This document shows, piece by piece, positions 35,666-45,431 of a DNA stretch of 64,000 bases (its first letter is position 1; every line of letters starts with the position of its first letter). The stretch covers positions 352,001 through 416,000 of IMG/VR virus record IMGVR_UViG_3300037313_001869. One strand, 5' to 3'. The position numbers were made by a program, and so were the translations under genes. The notes beneath the pieces are model-generated. The model made no database searches. It had not been told where the DNA came from and worked only from the letters and a program-made list of their open reading frames with translations. Origin of the DNA: a virus (Duplodnaviria > Caudoviricetes).

Positions 35666-36096
35666 GGCTTGTCGTGATGCCCGATCTCGGCCGTCCTTGT
35701 CCGGGGCAAGAGGTCGAGGTCATCCAGCAGCCGTGGGCGCACCCGGGCGAGGTCGTCCTCTCGGTGCCTGGGGCCTACGGCCTTTGGTGGACCGACGGGA
35801 GGGAGCGGACGGTCTATTCGCCCTTCGAGGTGTACGGCTCGCACCAATCGTTCTGTCTCTCCCGCTCTGCGATCGTTCGGGGCGAGTCCTACGTGCTCTA
35901 CTACAAGGCCGGGGACCTGCTCTTCGGGAACATTCACGGGATGGAGAAGCTGAGCGTCCCTGGCACGGCGCTCTTTCTCAAGATGGAGCACTCCCCCGTG
36001 CTTCAGCGGTTCGACATCCCTTCCGGGCAGTGGACCTTGGAGCCTGGGGGGCGGCCGTCGGAGCTGACGAGGTTCGATCGCGACGAAGTGGTGTAG
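35662..36096 (+). CDS. RFDR-tail array protein 6
   Basis: ends TRFDRDEVV. Confidence 0.8.
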   Translation: MRLVVMPDLGRPCPGQEVEVIQQPWAHPGEVVLSVPGAYGLWWTDGRERTVYSPFEVYGSHQSFCLSRSAIVRGESYVLYYKAGDLLFGNIHGMEKLSVPGTALFLKMEHSPVLQRFDIPSGQWTLEPGGRPSELTRFDRDEVV

Positions 36097-36104
36097 GGGG
36101 CGGG

Positions 36105-36533
36105 GTGCGGATCTCGCTCTTCCCCTTGGGCACGCCTGGGGACTACTATCGGTTTCGGGTGGCCACCTGCCCCTGGTCGAACCGCGGGTCACTGGTGCTC
36201 TGCGTCCCTCGGCCGTTCCGGCTCTTTCTGGTCGACGATCGGGCGGGGACCGAGAGCGAAGAGACCTACAAGGTCGACGACGGCTACCGCGCGTACCCTC
36301 TCTCCCGGCTCGCTTTTCAGTCGGGGGGCACATACGAGGTCCGGATGGGGGAGAGGGGTCCGACTGCCTTGGTCGCGACGCTTCGTGGCCGGCACCAGCG
36401 GACCGAGGGCCTTTGGCTCTTGCATGTGAGGGGGACGGGGCTCGATGCTCGCTGGCAGATGCCCGACGACGAGTGGACGACCGGGCCTTCGGACGAATCC
36501 TTGGCACGCTTCGACCGTGAGGAGCCCCTGTGA
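36105..36533 (+). CDS. RFDR-tail array protein 7
   Basis: ends ARFDREEPL. Confidence 0.8.
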   Translation: MRISLFPLGTPGDYYRFRVATCPWSNRGSLVLCVPRPFRLFLVDDRAGTESEETYKVDDGYRAYPLSRLAFQSGGTYEVRMGERGPTALVATLRGRHQRTEGLWLLHVRGTGLDARWQMPDDEWTTGPSDESLARFDREEPL

Positions 36534-36910
36534 TCATCGAGGTGACCACAGGCTCTCTCCTTCACGTCCGGCCCGACGTGGTCCCCGGGCGCCTGATCTT
36601 CTACTTTCCGAGGGGGGAGCGGGTCTTCAACCTGGCGAATCAGGGCGAGGTCCTCCCCGTGGCGGGCCTCCGGGACCTCGTGGGCGAGCGCGGCTACGTG
36701 CTCGGGGTGGGGGACGACACGGCCCAGATGCTCAACTTCGTCGCTCGCGGGGCCTGGGGCGACACGGTGATCCGGGGCTGGACCGCCTCAGGGGGCTTCG
36801 TCGTTTCGGTCGTGACCCCCGAGCGTTTCTCGACCACCGTGCTTTTGAGCTGGGTACCTCGCCTCTCGGTCATGGGCCAGGACCGTTTCGGCCGGGACGA
36901 GGTGGTGTAG
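36530..36910 (+). CDS. RFDR-tail array protein 8
   Basis: ends DRFGRDEVV. Confidence 0.8.
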   Translation: MIIEVTTGSLLHVRPDVVPGRLIFYFPRGERVFNLANQGEVLPVAGLRDLVGERGYVLGVGDDTAQMLNFVARGAWGDTVIRGWTASGGFVVSVVTPERFSTTVLLSWVPRLSVMGQDRFGRDEVV

Positions 36911-36913
36911 ACC

Positions 36914-37312
36914 ATGCGCGTGGTCATCGAAACCGACAACGATCGCTGCGTGGTGGTCCACTCGTACGAGGGCCTCGATTCAGGGTCTCTCTCGGTGGTC
37001 ATCCCCTCGCAGCAGGCGCTTCTCATCATGCGGGAGCCGGTCTGGCGTGCGGTCGGGCCCTCGTGGGAAGAGGGCAAGGTCGAGGGCTACTGGCTCTCTC
37101 TGCCCGAGGGGGTCGACGAGGCCCGCTACCAGGTCGAGGGCGGTCCGATGCTCCTTGGGCTCGTGCTTCGGAGGCTCCTGCTCTCGGGGGAGGGAGAGCT
37201 TCGGATCAACGGGCCTCGCATCGCCTGGGCCCTGCGCCTTCCTTCGGTACCCATCGGGCCGGGGGAGGTCTTGCCGCTGCGTCCGAGGTTCGACCGGGAA
37301 GAGGTGATCTAG
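36914..37312 (+). CDS. RFDR-tail array protein 9
   Basis: ends PRFDREEVI. Confidence 0.8.
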   Translation: MRVVIETDNDRCVVVHSYEGLDSGSLSVVIPSQQALLIMREPVWRAVGPSWEEGKVEGYWLSLPEGVDEARYQVEGGPMLLGLVLRRLLLSGEGELRINGPRIAWALRLPSVPIGPGEVLPLRPRFDREEVI

Positions 37313-37683
37313 TGCGGGTCGTGATGTTTCGGGCCATCCGGACCATGCCGTGGCTTGACGAGGAAGCGCTCTCGCTGGTGATCCCGTTTGCGAGCGATCT
37401 TCGCCTCGAACAGGGGACCTTGATCGACCCGGCGGCCATGGAGAGCGGAATCAAAAAGTTCTGGCTCTACTTCCCCCCGGGCGCAGAAGTTGTGGAATAC
37501 AAGGTGGTCAACTTGGCTTCGCGTGTCGTCCGGATTCTCCTCTACCGGGAGGGGGCCTTCAGTGTCGTTCGGATCAGCGAGTCGGAGCATCAGGTGCCGA
37601 CGGAGCTAATCTTGCCATTCGTCCCTTCCGCGCCCGGGGTGATGCGGGGCCCCGCTCGTTTCGACCGGGAAGAGGTGATCTGA
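37312..37683 (+). CDS. RFDR-tail array protein 10
   Basis: ends PARFDREEVI. Confidence 0.8.
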   Translation: MRVVMFRAIRTMPWLDEEALSLVIPFASDLRLEQGTLIDPAAMESGIKKFWLYFPPGAEVVEYKVVNLASRVVRILLYREGAFSVVRISESEHQVPTELILPFVPSAPGVMRGPARFDREEVI

Positions 37684-38090
37684 TGCACATTGGACTTTTG
37701 ACCAACAAGGACGAGACGACCCGCGTGCTCGTGGGCGAGGCGCATCCGGGGATGGTCATCCTGAGCCTCGTGGCGCGCTACGGGCTCTTTCGGGGGAGCG
37801 ACACGGTCCCTATGCCCCTCTACCGGAAGGACGGCATGTTCCATCGCTACCGGCTCGGGCTTCGGCCGGGCGAAACGGACTGCGTGTATCGGGCACACTG
37901 GCTCGGCACTCCCTCAGCCCGCCCCCAAGTCCAGGTGAAGCTTCGCGAGAGGCTCCCTGAGTACGGAGGCATCCCGATCCTCTGTACCCAGATCGAGGAC
38001 GGGCCGATCTGGGAGCTGGAGCTGTCGTTTCGGCCGACCGAGACAGACGACTTTCCGTGCCTCCGTTTCGAGAGGGGCGAGGTCATCTGA
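37683..38090 (+). CDS. RFDR-tail array protein 11
   Basis: ends LRFERGEVI. Confidence 0.8.
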   Translation: MHIGLLTNKDETTRVLVGEAHPGMVILSLVARYGLFRGSDTVPMPLYRKDGMFHRYRLGLRPGETDCVYRAHWLGTPSARPQVQVKLRERLPEYGGIPILCTQIEDGPIWELELSFRPTETDDFPCLRFERGEVI

Positions 38091-38479
38091 TGCTCGTGAG
38101 ACTCTATACCTCCTACGGCTGCCCGCGGTTCTTCGAGGGCATCTACCCCCGGCGCTTCGTGGTCGAGACGACCGACCCTTACGAGGTGAGGCGGGACGGG
38201 GCGGAGCTGACGCCGTCGTTCGTGGACCGGGGGGTACGGATCTTCGCGCTCGCGGCCGAGGGGTCGAGCGCGGCAACGTACGACTTCGAGCTTCGGGGCA
38301 ACAGCGGGCCGATGGGGGGCCTTCGGGTCCGGGTGATGCCCGCGAGGGGCGGGGTGGGCTACGAGGTCTCTCTGAACTTTCGGGGAGGCCCTACGATGGC
38401 CTTCTGGACGGCGGACCAGCCTATGCCGTGGGCTGGGAACGAGGCCGTGCCTCGGTATGATAGGGGCGAGGTCATCTGA
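38090..38479 (+). CDS. RFDR-tail array protein 12
   Basis: ends PRYDRGEVI. Confidence 0.8.
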   Translation: MLVRLYTSYGCPRFFEGIYPRRFVVETTDPYEVRRDGAELTPSFVDRGVRIFALAAEGSSAATYDFELRGNSGPMGGLRVRVMPARGGVGYEVSLNFRGGPTMAFWTADQPMPWAGNEAVPRYDRGEVI

Positions 38480-38895
38480 TGCGCCTTCGCATCGACCCCC
38501 CTGGCGTGCTTGGAGGCGAGACGGGCCGGCTCATGGTCGACCTTGCCCTTTGCCCGGGCGAGGTCGTCCTCTACGCCTACCCCACCTACAAGGTCTACCG
38601 GGTCTATCGGTTCGTGAAAGACGAGGTCTTCGCCCCGGGGCCCAAATACGGCCTCCACTGCACCTACTGGCTCGGGTCGGACCCTGCCAAGGAAGACCGA
38701 GAGGTGGCCTACGAGGCGAGGCACCCGTCGGGCCTTCCGTTTCACTTCGCGATCGTACGGGGCGAGGGAGCCGTGAGGGTCCAGGTCTCGGCCAAGGGTC
38801 TGCCCTACGTGCTTGACGCCTCCCTCGACTTCTGGCCGAGGGGGAGCACGGGCGAGGGCGGGCCGCCCCGGTTCGATCGGGACGAGGTCCTATGA
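38479..38895 (+). CDS. RFDR-tail array protein 13
   Basis: ends PRFDRDEVL. Confidence 0.8.
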   Translation: MRLRIDPPGVLGGETGRLMVDLALCPGEVVLYAYPTYKVYRVYRFVKDEVFAPGPKYGLHCTYWLGSDPAKEDREVAYEARHPSGLPFHFAIVRGEGAVRVQVSAKGLPYVLDASLDFWPRGSTGEGGPPRFDRDEVL

Positions 38896-39302
38896 GGGTG
38901 CGCCTCTACAGTGGGGTCTTTGGCTGGACGGTCGAGATCAACCCTTGGTCGGACGAGGGCCGGCTCGTGCTCACGATGCCCGAGCGGTTTCGGCTGGTGA
39001 GGTATGGCCACGACGACATCAAGGTGCCCGTGGCCCCGCTCCCAGGGGACGTGGACGCGGTCGGGCACAGCCACTTCGAGCTAGGGGCGAACGAGGGGGA
39101 AGAGGGCTTTCGCTACGAGGCCCAGGACGCAGGGGTCACGGCCGTGTTTCTCCTCTTCAAGGATTTCGGCGTCCTCGGCTCCCGCTATCTCTTCCGGGGC
39201 CGGGTCGAGGGGGGCGGGTTTCTTTGTGACACGGTCCTCCCCTGCCCGCCGAGGCTCGGGGGAGAGGGTGCGCCTCGGTTCGAGCGTCCCGAGGTGCTTT
39301 AG
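38892..39302 (+). CDS. RFDR-tail array protein 14
   Basis: ends PRFERPEVL. Confidence 0.8.
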   Translation: MRVRLYSGVFGWTVEINPWSDEGRLVLTMPERFRLVRYGHDDIKVPVAPLPGDVDAVGHSHFELGANEGEEGFRYEAQDAGVTAVFLLFKDFGVLGSRYLFRGRVEGGGFLCDTVLPCPPRLGGEGAPRFERPEVL

Positions 39303-39916
39303 ACGACTGCGACGCTGACCATGGTGGCGTCGGGGTTCGCTCGGCTTCGCTGGGCGACGACCTTGGCTTTGACGGGGCCGAGGTCGTTGCGGACGACCTG
39401 CACGATGGCGTCGCGGTCTGCCCAGGGGCCGGCCTCGAAGGTGATGGTGAGGAGGTTCTTGCCCACCTTCAGATCGTCCGGCCCTACCTTGTAGCCCGCT
39501 TTGGCGAGGGCCCCCAGGAGCTTCTTGCCCAGGTCCTCTAGCCCCTCGGTCTGCTCGACGAAGTAGTGCATGGCCGCCCCGATGGCCATCTCGATGTCCG
39601 ACATCAGCTCGACGCCCTTCTGATCCGTCATGGTCCGCTTGATGCCGGAGACCTCCTGGGCGAGGTCCGAGAGCAGGTCCTTTTCGGCGGTCCAGGGAGA
39701 AGAGGAAGCGCGGCGATCGTAATGGTAGGGGGCCATCGTGGTACGGTGGCCAAAAGTGGATTCGGGCTTCTGCTGGTGGGCGAGGACAGCTCGCACGTAT
39801 TCTTGGGCAAAGATTTCTCGGTTCTCGGGGGTCGAGGCCGCCCGCATGAGAATCTCGAACTTCTCCTCCAAGGTGAACTCACGACCGGGCGAGGGTTTGT
39901 CTTGGTCTTCGCTCAT
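39299..39916 (-). CDS. hypothetical protein interrupting the array
   Basis: MSEDQDK; possible second start MAPYHY. Confidence 0.7.
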   Translation of the reverse strand: MSEDQDKPSPGREFTLEEKFEILMRAASTPENREIFAQEYVRAVLAHQQKPESTFGHRTTMAPYHYDRRASSSPWTAEKDLLSDLAQEVSGIKRTMTDQKGVELMSDIEMAIGAAMHYFVEQTEGLEDLGKKLLGALAKAGYKVGPDDLKVGKNLLTITFEAGPWADRDAIVQVVRNDLGPVKAKVVAQRSRANPDATMVSVAVV

Positions 39917-39947
39917 GGGCCGAAAACATAACATCGGTGAGGCGTAC

Positions 39948-40154
39948 ATGGCTGCAAAAAGGCGTTCGGAGGTGCCCTTGGACGTGACCGGTCGTGTGCT
40001 TCGGATCGGGGACCGGGTCGAGTCGACGCCGGGGCTCTCTTCCGAGAGGGAGACGGGTGAGGTCGTGGGCGTGAAGGACACGCGGGTCGAGGTCCGCTAC
40101 GACTCGACGGGCGTGATCTGGCGTTCGTCGGGGAAGCTCTGGCGGGCGGTGTAG
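39948..40154 (+). CDS. small KOW/SH3-like protein
   Basis: LRIGDRV...TGEVVGV...VEVRY. Confidence 0.65.
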   Translation: MAAKRRSEVPLDVTGRVLRIGDRVESTPGLSSERETGEVVGVKDTRVEVRYDSTGVIWRSSGKLWRAV

Positions 40155-40169
40155 GGGACGGCAGATCCC

Positions 40170-40565
40170 ATGCTCATCGACGTTGTCACTCCGCAGCGGT
40201 TCTGGATCTACGCAAACCGTTTCACGACCACGCTCGTCTTCACCGTGCCCGACGGGGGGAGGGTGACTCACGGGCAGCCCTTCACGGTCCCAGGCGAGGT
40301 GGGTCCTTCGTTCGAGGTCGCGCGCTCCTCGCTCCCGTCCGGAGCGGGGCACCGGATCGCTGTTTCTTGGTCGGCTCGTGGCAAGAGAGAGCGGCTCGCG
40401 TTCCGGCTCGTCGTGGCGGGCGAGGAAACCTGGCTCGACTTGCCCAACAGCGGGGGCGTCCTCTGGGTCCCTGGCTACGGCCGGATTCGCCGTATGAAGC
40501 AGGTGGAGCGGTACCAGCCTACGCCTCCGCCGCCTCCTCGGTTCGATCGGGGCGAGGTGCTCTGA
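40170..40565 (+). CDS. RFDR-tail array protein 15
   Basis: ends PRFDRGEVL. Confidence 0.8.
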   Translation: MLIDVVTPQRFWIYANRFTTTLVFTVPDGGRVTHGQPFTVPGEVGPSFEVARSSLPSGAGHRIAVSWSARGKRERLAFRLVVAGEETWLDLPNSGGVLWVPGYGRIRRMKQVERYQPTPPPPPRFDRGEVL

Positions 40566-40972
40566 TGCGGATCAACCTGAACCCTTCCGAGGGGAAAGAG
40601 CCTGTGGTGCGGCCGTGGGAAGACCTGGGGAAGCTCGTCGTGACAACGGAGGCGCCGGCCGTCATGCAGCCCGTGGACATTCGGCTAAACCCCCTCGTGG
40701 GCCAGCCGTATAGCGGGTGGTTGATCTTTGAGATTCCCCGGCCCGAAAACGGGGTCTTTGGCTACTACATCCTGCCGGCCGAGGACAAGCCCTACCTCTA
40801 CGCCATCCAAGCGCTGATTCGCCAAGCCTTCGATGGTTTTGCGGAGTGGAACTTGCATATCGTCTCCTCGTCGGGGCCGTCCGTGCGGGTGCTCTTGCCC
40901 GACCGGGAGTGGCGCAGGCCCCTGCCTTCCGATGGGCGCCCGGCCCGTTTCGAGAGGTCCGATGTATTGTAA
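40565..40972 (+). CDS. RFDR-tail array protein 16
   Basis: ends PARFERSDVL. Confidence 0.8.
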   Translation: MRINLNPSEGKEPVVRPWEDLGKLVVTTEAPAVMQPVDIRLNPLVGQPYSGWLIFEIPRPENGVFGYYILPAEDKPYLYAIQALIRQAFDGFAEWNLHIVSSSGPSVRVLLPDREWRRPLPSDGRPARFERSDVL

Positions 40973-40981
40973 ACCTCTTGT
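40970..40981 (+). promoter_or_regulatory. class III (late-like) motif TAAACCTCTTGT
   Basis: 15 nt before peptidase ATG. Confidence 0.5.
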
Positions 40982-40996
40982 CACTGGCGGGTGGGT

Positions 40997-42466
40997 ATGC
41001 CCCGCCTCTCGCCGCTCGCTTACAAGGTTGCCGCTGCCTACCGCCTGATCCGGGCGATGGACGAGAGCTTGTGGGACGGGGCCGTGGCGGCTCTGCAAGA
41101 CTTCCAGGTCGAGGCCGAGAAGCTCCGCGACTTCGACATCACGACGCAGGAGGGCATGGAGACCTTGCGGCAAGCTCGGTTCTCGAACAAGAGCGTCAAC
41201 AAGCTCGTCGGGGGTCTCGGCAAAGATCAGGGCTTCGTCGAATGGATGAAGGTGGCCCTGCCGAACCACAAGGACTGGGAACGCTCGCTCTACGGTTACA
41301 TGCGAGCGGTGGCCGAGGGGGCGAACAAGCTCTTCGAGGCGGAGGGCCTGGGGGACCGGTCGACCGTTCTCCGGCCGCTCGAAACCTACGAGAAGGTCGT
41401 CTCCGATCTGGTCTCGAAGGTCGCCCCGGCCCGCCTCACCTACGACGGCTTCGCGGTCGATAACCCCGACCGTCTGCTCGAACCCACGGTCCGGGCCTTG
41501 CTCGGGGGCGTGGACTACGTCCTTGCCCTCTTCAAGAAGCGTGGCCTCGAAGAGATGCTCCGCGACGGCCTTCGCGGGGGCATCGGGCTCTACGGCCGTC
41601 CTCCGGAGGGCAGTGACGCTGCCGGGCACTACTTCTCGACCAAGGGTCGTATCCAGCTCTACGCCGTCCACATGATCGGCGCCTCGGGCGGCAAGCTGAT
41701 GCAGGACTGGATCGCCGAGGTCTTCCTCCATGAGTTCGGCCACCACGTTCACCTGTCCGTCATGCCCAAGGACGCCATGGAAGCGTGGAACGGGACGTGG
41801 GACGAGGTGAAGAGCGAGAAGAAGAAGCTCGAAGAGACCTTGCAGAGCATCACGGGGCCCGAGCGCATGAGGTACTGGAACCTCCTCGAAGCCGCGGGCT
41901 ACCAGCCGAACAAGGCTGCGGCGAAGATGAAGCCGATCGACAAGCTGAAATTCGGCGTCTGGCTCCGCAACCCTCGCATCAACGGGCCCCTCATTACCCC
42001 GGCACAGTTCCGGCTCTCGAAGGAGGGGCAGGAATACTTCTCGTTCTTCCTCGACCCGGAGAAGTACCTTCGCGAGGAGCGCTTCACCACCAAGGAGCAG
42101 GACGGCGAAAAGGCGTATGAGGACCTCTTCAACCGGGTTCAGCGCCAGCGCTACAGCCGGCTCGGGCTCCTCGACGCGGGCAACGACCCACTCCCGATCG
42201 CCATGGCCGAGGAGCTGATGAAGGCGGACCCTTCGCTTCAGAAGGCCGTGGATGCCGCCCTCGACAAGCTCCAGCCCGTAACCGAGTACGCGAAGACCAA
42301 CGAAAAAGAGGACTTCGCCGAGGCATTCGTGGCGTTCGTGGCCGCGCCGGAGAAGCTCACGCCTTCGGCGAAGTTCCGGATGCAGCGGGCCCTCTCGCTC
42401 GCCGGTCTTTACGGCAAATCCCTGGGCCGCGTCTCTTCCAAAAAGCCCGACATCGATCCTGCGTGA
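40997..42466 (+). CDS. zincin metallopeptidase (anthrax-LF/phage MPTase-like)
   Basis: HEFGH and VTEYAKTNEKEDFAEAF. Confidence 0.8.
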   Translation: MPRLSPLAYKVAAAYRLIRAMDESLWDGAVAALQDFQVEAEKLRDFDITTQEGMETLRQARFSNKSVNKLVGGLGKDQGFVEWMKVALPNHKDWERSLYGYMRAVAEGANKLFEAEGLGDRSTVLRPLETYEKVVSDLVSKVAPARLTYDGFAVDNPDRLLEPTVRALLGGVDYVLALFKKRGLEEMLRDGLRGGIGLYGRPPEGSDAAGHYFSTKGRIQLYAVHMIGASGGKLMQDWIAEVFLHEFGHHVHLSVMPKDAMEAWNGTWDEVKSEKKKLEETLQSITGPERMRYWNLLEAAGYQPNKAAAKMKPIDKLKFGVWLRNPRINGPLITPAQFRLSKEGQEYFSFFLDPEKYLREERFTTKEQDGEKAYEDLFNRVQRQRYSRLGLLDAGNDPLPIAMAEELMKADPSLQKAVDAALDKLQPVTEYAKTNEKEDFAEAFVAFVAAPEKLTPSAKFRMQRALSLAGLYGKSLGRVSSKKPDIDPA

Positions 42467-42519
42467 CCTTCGCCCGGTGTAAAACCGGGCATGAGCGCGA
42501 TCTCCCGGGCGGCTGAGCC

Positions 42520-42942
42520 ATGCGGGTGACGGTCCTTCCGTCCCGTCCCGGCCTCCAAACCAAGGTCTCATCGGTCCGGGTCGACCCGACCCTCGACAGG
42601 GGTTTGGTCCTGGTCGCTCCCGAGAGCTACCGGCTGATCGCCGCTCGCTCGTCGGTGGATAGCCACCTCGCCGTGCCTTTCCGCACTGTCAACGCCCTCT
42701 CCTACTACGAGCTGGGCTACGATGAGGGGGCCGACCGGGCCACCTACAGCCTCTATCACCACGAGACGGTCACGACCCAGACGCGGCTTTCCATCGTGGG
42801 CGTGGCCGGCGACAGCGAGTGGTCACTCTTGATCGAGCCCCCCGAGGCCGCGATCGTGGTGGCTGTGCTGGGTACCGACAAGCCGAAGCTCGGGAGGGTG
42901 CGGCTCGAAGCCTCTCGGTTCGATCGGGAAGGGGTGCTCTGA
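42520..42942 (+). CDS. RFDR-tail array protein 17
   Basis: ends SRFDREGVL. Confidence 0.8.
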   Translation: MRVTVLPSRPGLQTKVSSVRVDPTLDRGLVLVAPESYRLIAARSSVDSHLAVPFRTVNALSYYELGYDEGADRATYSLYHHETVTTQTRLSIVGVAGDSEWSLLIEPPEAAIVVAVLGTDKPKLGRVRLEASRFDREGVL

Positions 42943-43334
42943 TGCTCATCGACTTTCGGAACCTCGCCACCCCTCGGATCGAGCAGCCCTGGCAGGGCCG
43001 GGTCTTGCTTCAGGGGGAGGAAGGGTGCCAGGGCCTCGTGGTCATGCCTACGACGCTCAACCTCGGCGGGGGCGTCTTCGAGATCGTGCCCCCTGAGCCC
43101 AACGAGGGCCTGGCAGAGATGCAGTGGGACTACACGTTCCGGCCCACGGCGCAGGCCGCGCCCACGATCCTCATCTCGCTATTTGCCTGGCAGAGGTTCC
43201 GCTTCTGTACTCGCTGGGTCTGGGAAATCCGCTGGGAGATGAACCAGCAGCTCTCGAAAAACTGGTACTATCGCGGGCGCCTGAACGGCCTCACCACACA
43301 GCCCTCGCGCTACCTCCGGGACGAGGTGCTCTAA
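42942..43334 (+). CDS. RFDR-tail array protein 18
   Basis: ends PSRYLRDEVL; paralogue of 19. Confidence 0.8.
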   Translation: MLIDFRNLATPRIEQPWQGRVLLQGEEGCQGLVVMPTTLNLGGGVFEIVPPEPNEGLAEMQWDYTFRPTAQAAPTILISLFAWQRFRFCTRWVWEIRWEMNQQLSKNWYYRGRLNGLTTQPSRYLRDEVL

Positions 43335-43684
43335 TGCTCCTCGACTTCACCTGCGACCGTCCGAGGCCGCACCCCGATAAGTGCCTGGGCCGGCTCATTC
43401 TCCGGTGCGAGGAGGGGGCCGAGGGCCTTCATTCGGGGGGCATCAATCTGGGCCGTGGGCTCTTCGAGATCCCTTGCCCCGAGTTTGACAAGGGCAAGGG
43501 CCGTGGGTCCTGGACCTACCGCCTGAAGGCGAAGATCGGCCCGGGCGGGCACCATTTCGTTTCGCTCGTGTGGCATGGGACCTTCTGGCGCGTGTCGTTC
43601 ACGGCCCAGCACGGGGGCAGCTCCTACCCCCTTATCAACTTCCACCCGATGCCTTCGCGGTTCGAGAGGGAGGAGATCCTGTGA
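43334..43684 (+). CDS. RFDR-tail array protein 19
   Basis: ends PSRFEREEIL. Confidence 0.8.
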   Translation: MLLDFTCDRPRPHPDKCLGRLILRCEEGAEGLHSGGINLGRGLFEIPCPEFDKGKGRGSWTYRLKAKIGPGGHHFVSLVWHGTFWRVSFTAQHGGSSYPLINFHPMPSRFEREEIL

Positions 43685-44130
43685 GGATCGTGATCGACCC
43701 AGCCATGATCGTGAAAAACCAGTTCGGGCGGGACGAGCACCGGATCGAGCTTCTCGAAGAAGACCTCGGGCAGGTAGCGCTTTACGTTCCTCCGGTCTTC
43801 GAGCTTCAGCGGGGAGGGCTCCCGGTACCCAGCGTCGAGGCCGGGTCGTGGCGTCGCTACGAGCTTGGGGTCTATACGGACGAGGCCCGGGCCACCTACC
43901 ACCTACGGGGGCCGACCATGGGTCCCAGACAGCTCGCTTGGGTTCGGATCAATCTCTTTCGCGAGTCCTACCCGGACGCCCAGGGCGTCGAGGTCCAAGG
44001 GCTCGTGGGGACGCTACACACGGCCGGCGGGGTTGTGCGGGTCTTCGTGGCCAAGCCGGTCTCGCCCCCGTCGTGGCATCCACGGGCACCCTCGGCAGCG
44101 ACCCGCTTCGAGAGAGACGGGGTGCTCTGA
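43681..44130 (+). CDS. RFDR-tail array protein 20
   Basis: ends TRFERDGVL. Confidence 0.8.
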   Translation: MRIVIDPAMIVKNQFGRDEHRIELLEEDLGQVALYVPPVFELQRGGLPVPSVEAGSWRRYELGVYTDEARATYHLRGPTMGPRQLAWVRINLFRESYPDAQGVEVQGLVGTLHTAGGVVRVFVAKPVSPPSWHPRAPSAATRFERDGVL

Positions 44131-44516
44131 TGCTCGTCTATGTTGGCCCGAGCCACTCGCAGCCCACGGTCACCTTCGAGACGTTCGCCTACCCGAACGA
44201 GCTGGTCTTCGAGCTGGACGATCACCTCCGGCTCTTCCCCGAGCAAGGTGACCGGCTGGAGAGGTCGGTCGATGGCCATACCCCATGGCGAATCAAGCTC
44301 CCGAAAGGATGCGACGAGGGCTACAACCTCGACCTTCAGACAGCGCCCAAGGGGCAGAAGACCCACCTCGAAATTCGTTTGCGAAAGCAGGATGGCGTGG
44401 GGACCTGGCGCGTCACGGTCGTCTACGGCGTCATGTTCACGTCCCTCCTTTTTCTCTGGCACCCGACGAAGGAGGCCCCACCGCCTCTCCGCTTCGAGCG
44501 GGAAGGGGTCCTCTGA
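44130..44516 (+). CDS. RFDR-tail array protein 21
   Basis: ends PLRFEREGVL. Confidence 0.8.
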   Translation: MLVYVGPSHSQPTVTFETFAYPNELVFELDDHLRLFPEQGDRLERSVDGHTPWRIKLPKGCDEGYNLDLQTAPKGQKTHLEIRLRKQDGVGTWRVTVVYGVMFTSLLFLWHPTKEAPPPLRFEREGVL

Positions 44517-44980
44517 TGCTCGTCATCTTGACCCGGCTCATCGCCGACTATGCCGAGGGTCCCTTGCCCCTTCAGGGTCCGCCCTACATCGATTTGCGTG
44601 CCTGCCCGGGAAGGGTCCGGATCGCAGTGCCGTGCGTGCATCTGGTCACGATCGACCGGCAGAGCCGGTACGGTACCCGGACGCTCAACATCCCCGAAAA
44701 CGAGGGCATCTACCAGCTCTACTCGGTCGGCTACCGGCCGGGCGAAGAGGGCCAAGAGGTGGTCCACCGCGCGTGGGCGAGGGAGAGTGGCAAGGTGCTG
44801 GAAGCGTGGGTGACGCTCGACAAGGAAGCCCGGCCCGATCCCGCTCAGGTCGTCACGGTGCGGCACGGGTTTCCTGCGAAGGTCATCGCTCGTGTGTTCC
44901 TCGGCGAGGACTACGACCTCGACTACCAGGAAGAGATCCCGCGGGAGGGCGAGAGCCCCTCTCGCTTCGCGAGGCTCTGA
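44516..44980 (+). CDS. RFDR-tail array protein 22
   Basis: ends PSRFARL. Confidence 0.8.
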   Translation: MLVILTRLIADYAEGPLPLQGPPYIDLRACPGRVRIAVPCVHLVTIDRQSRYGTRTLNIPENEGIYQLYSVGYRPGEEGQEVVHRAWARESGKVLEAWVTLDKEARPDPAQVVTVRHGFPAKVIARVFLGEDYDLDYQEEIPREGESPSRFARL

Positions 44981-45399
44981 TGCTGGTCGAGGTCAGCGTT
45001 CGGCATCGGATCGACCCGGGCCTGCACCCGGGCGAGATCCGGCTTCGTGTGAGACCCAGCTACACGGTGAACGGGCCCGAAGGCCGGCTCGCGTCCGTTC
45101 ACAGGGTCCCGAACGATGGGATGCGATTCGGCTTCGCGGACTACCTGCTCGCTCCGCCTCGGCCCGGACTTGACGTGGCCGAGTATCACATCTGCGGGCC
45201 CGAAGGCGGGTGGCCTATCTCGCACGTACAGCTCTTCTGGGAGACGAGCGAAGGCAAGGTCATCTGGTGGGTGAAGTCTGACGGCCTTTCGGTCCGAGCC
45301 TACGACTTTCAGCCCGGCATGACCATCGAGGGCGGGAGCCTGGTCTCTCCCGAGACGCCCGACCGTTTCTCTCGCGTGGGGGATAAAGACCCGTTCTGA
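44980..45399 (+). CDS. RFDR-tail array protein 23
   Basis: ends PDRFSRVGDKDPF. Confidence 0.75.
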   Translation: MLVEVSVRHRIDPGLHPGEIRLRVRPSYTVNGPEGRLASVHRVPNDGMRFGFADYLLAPPRPGLDVAEYHICGPEGGWPISHVQLFWETSEGKVIWWVKSDGLSVRAYDFQPGMTIEGGSLVSPETPDRFSRVGDKDPF

Positions 45400-45431
45400 G
45401 TCTCGCCTCCCCGGTGTAAGGGACGCCCACA

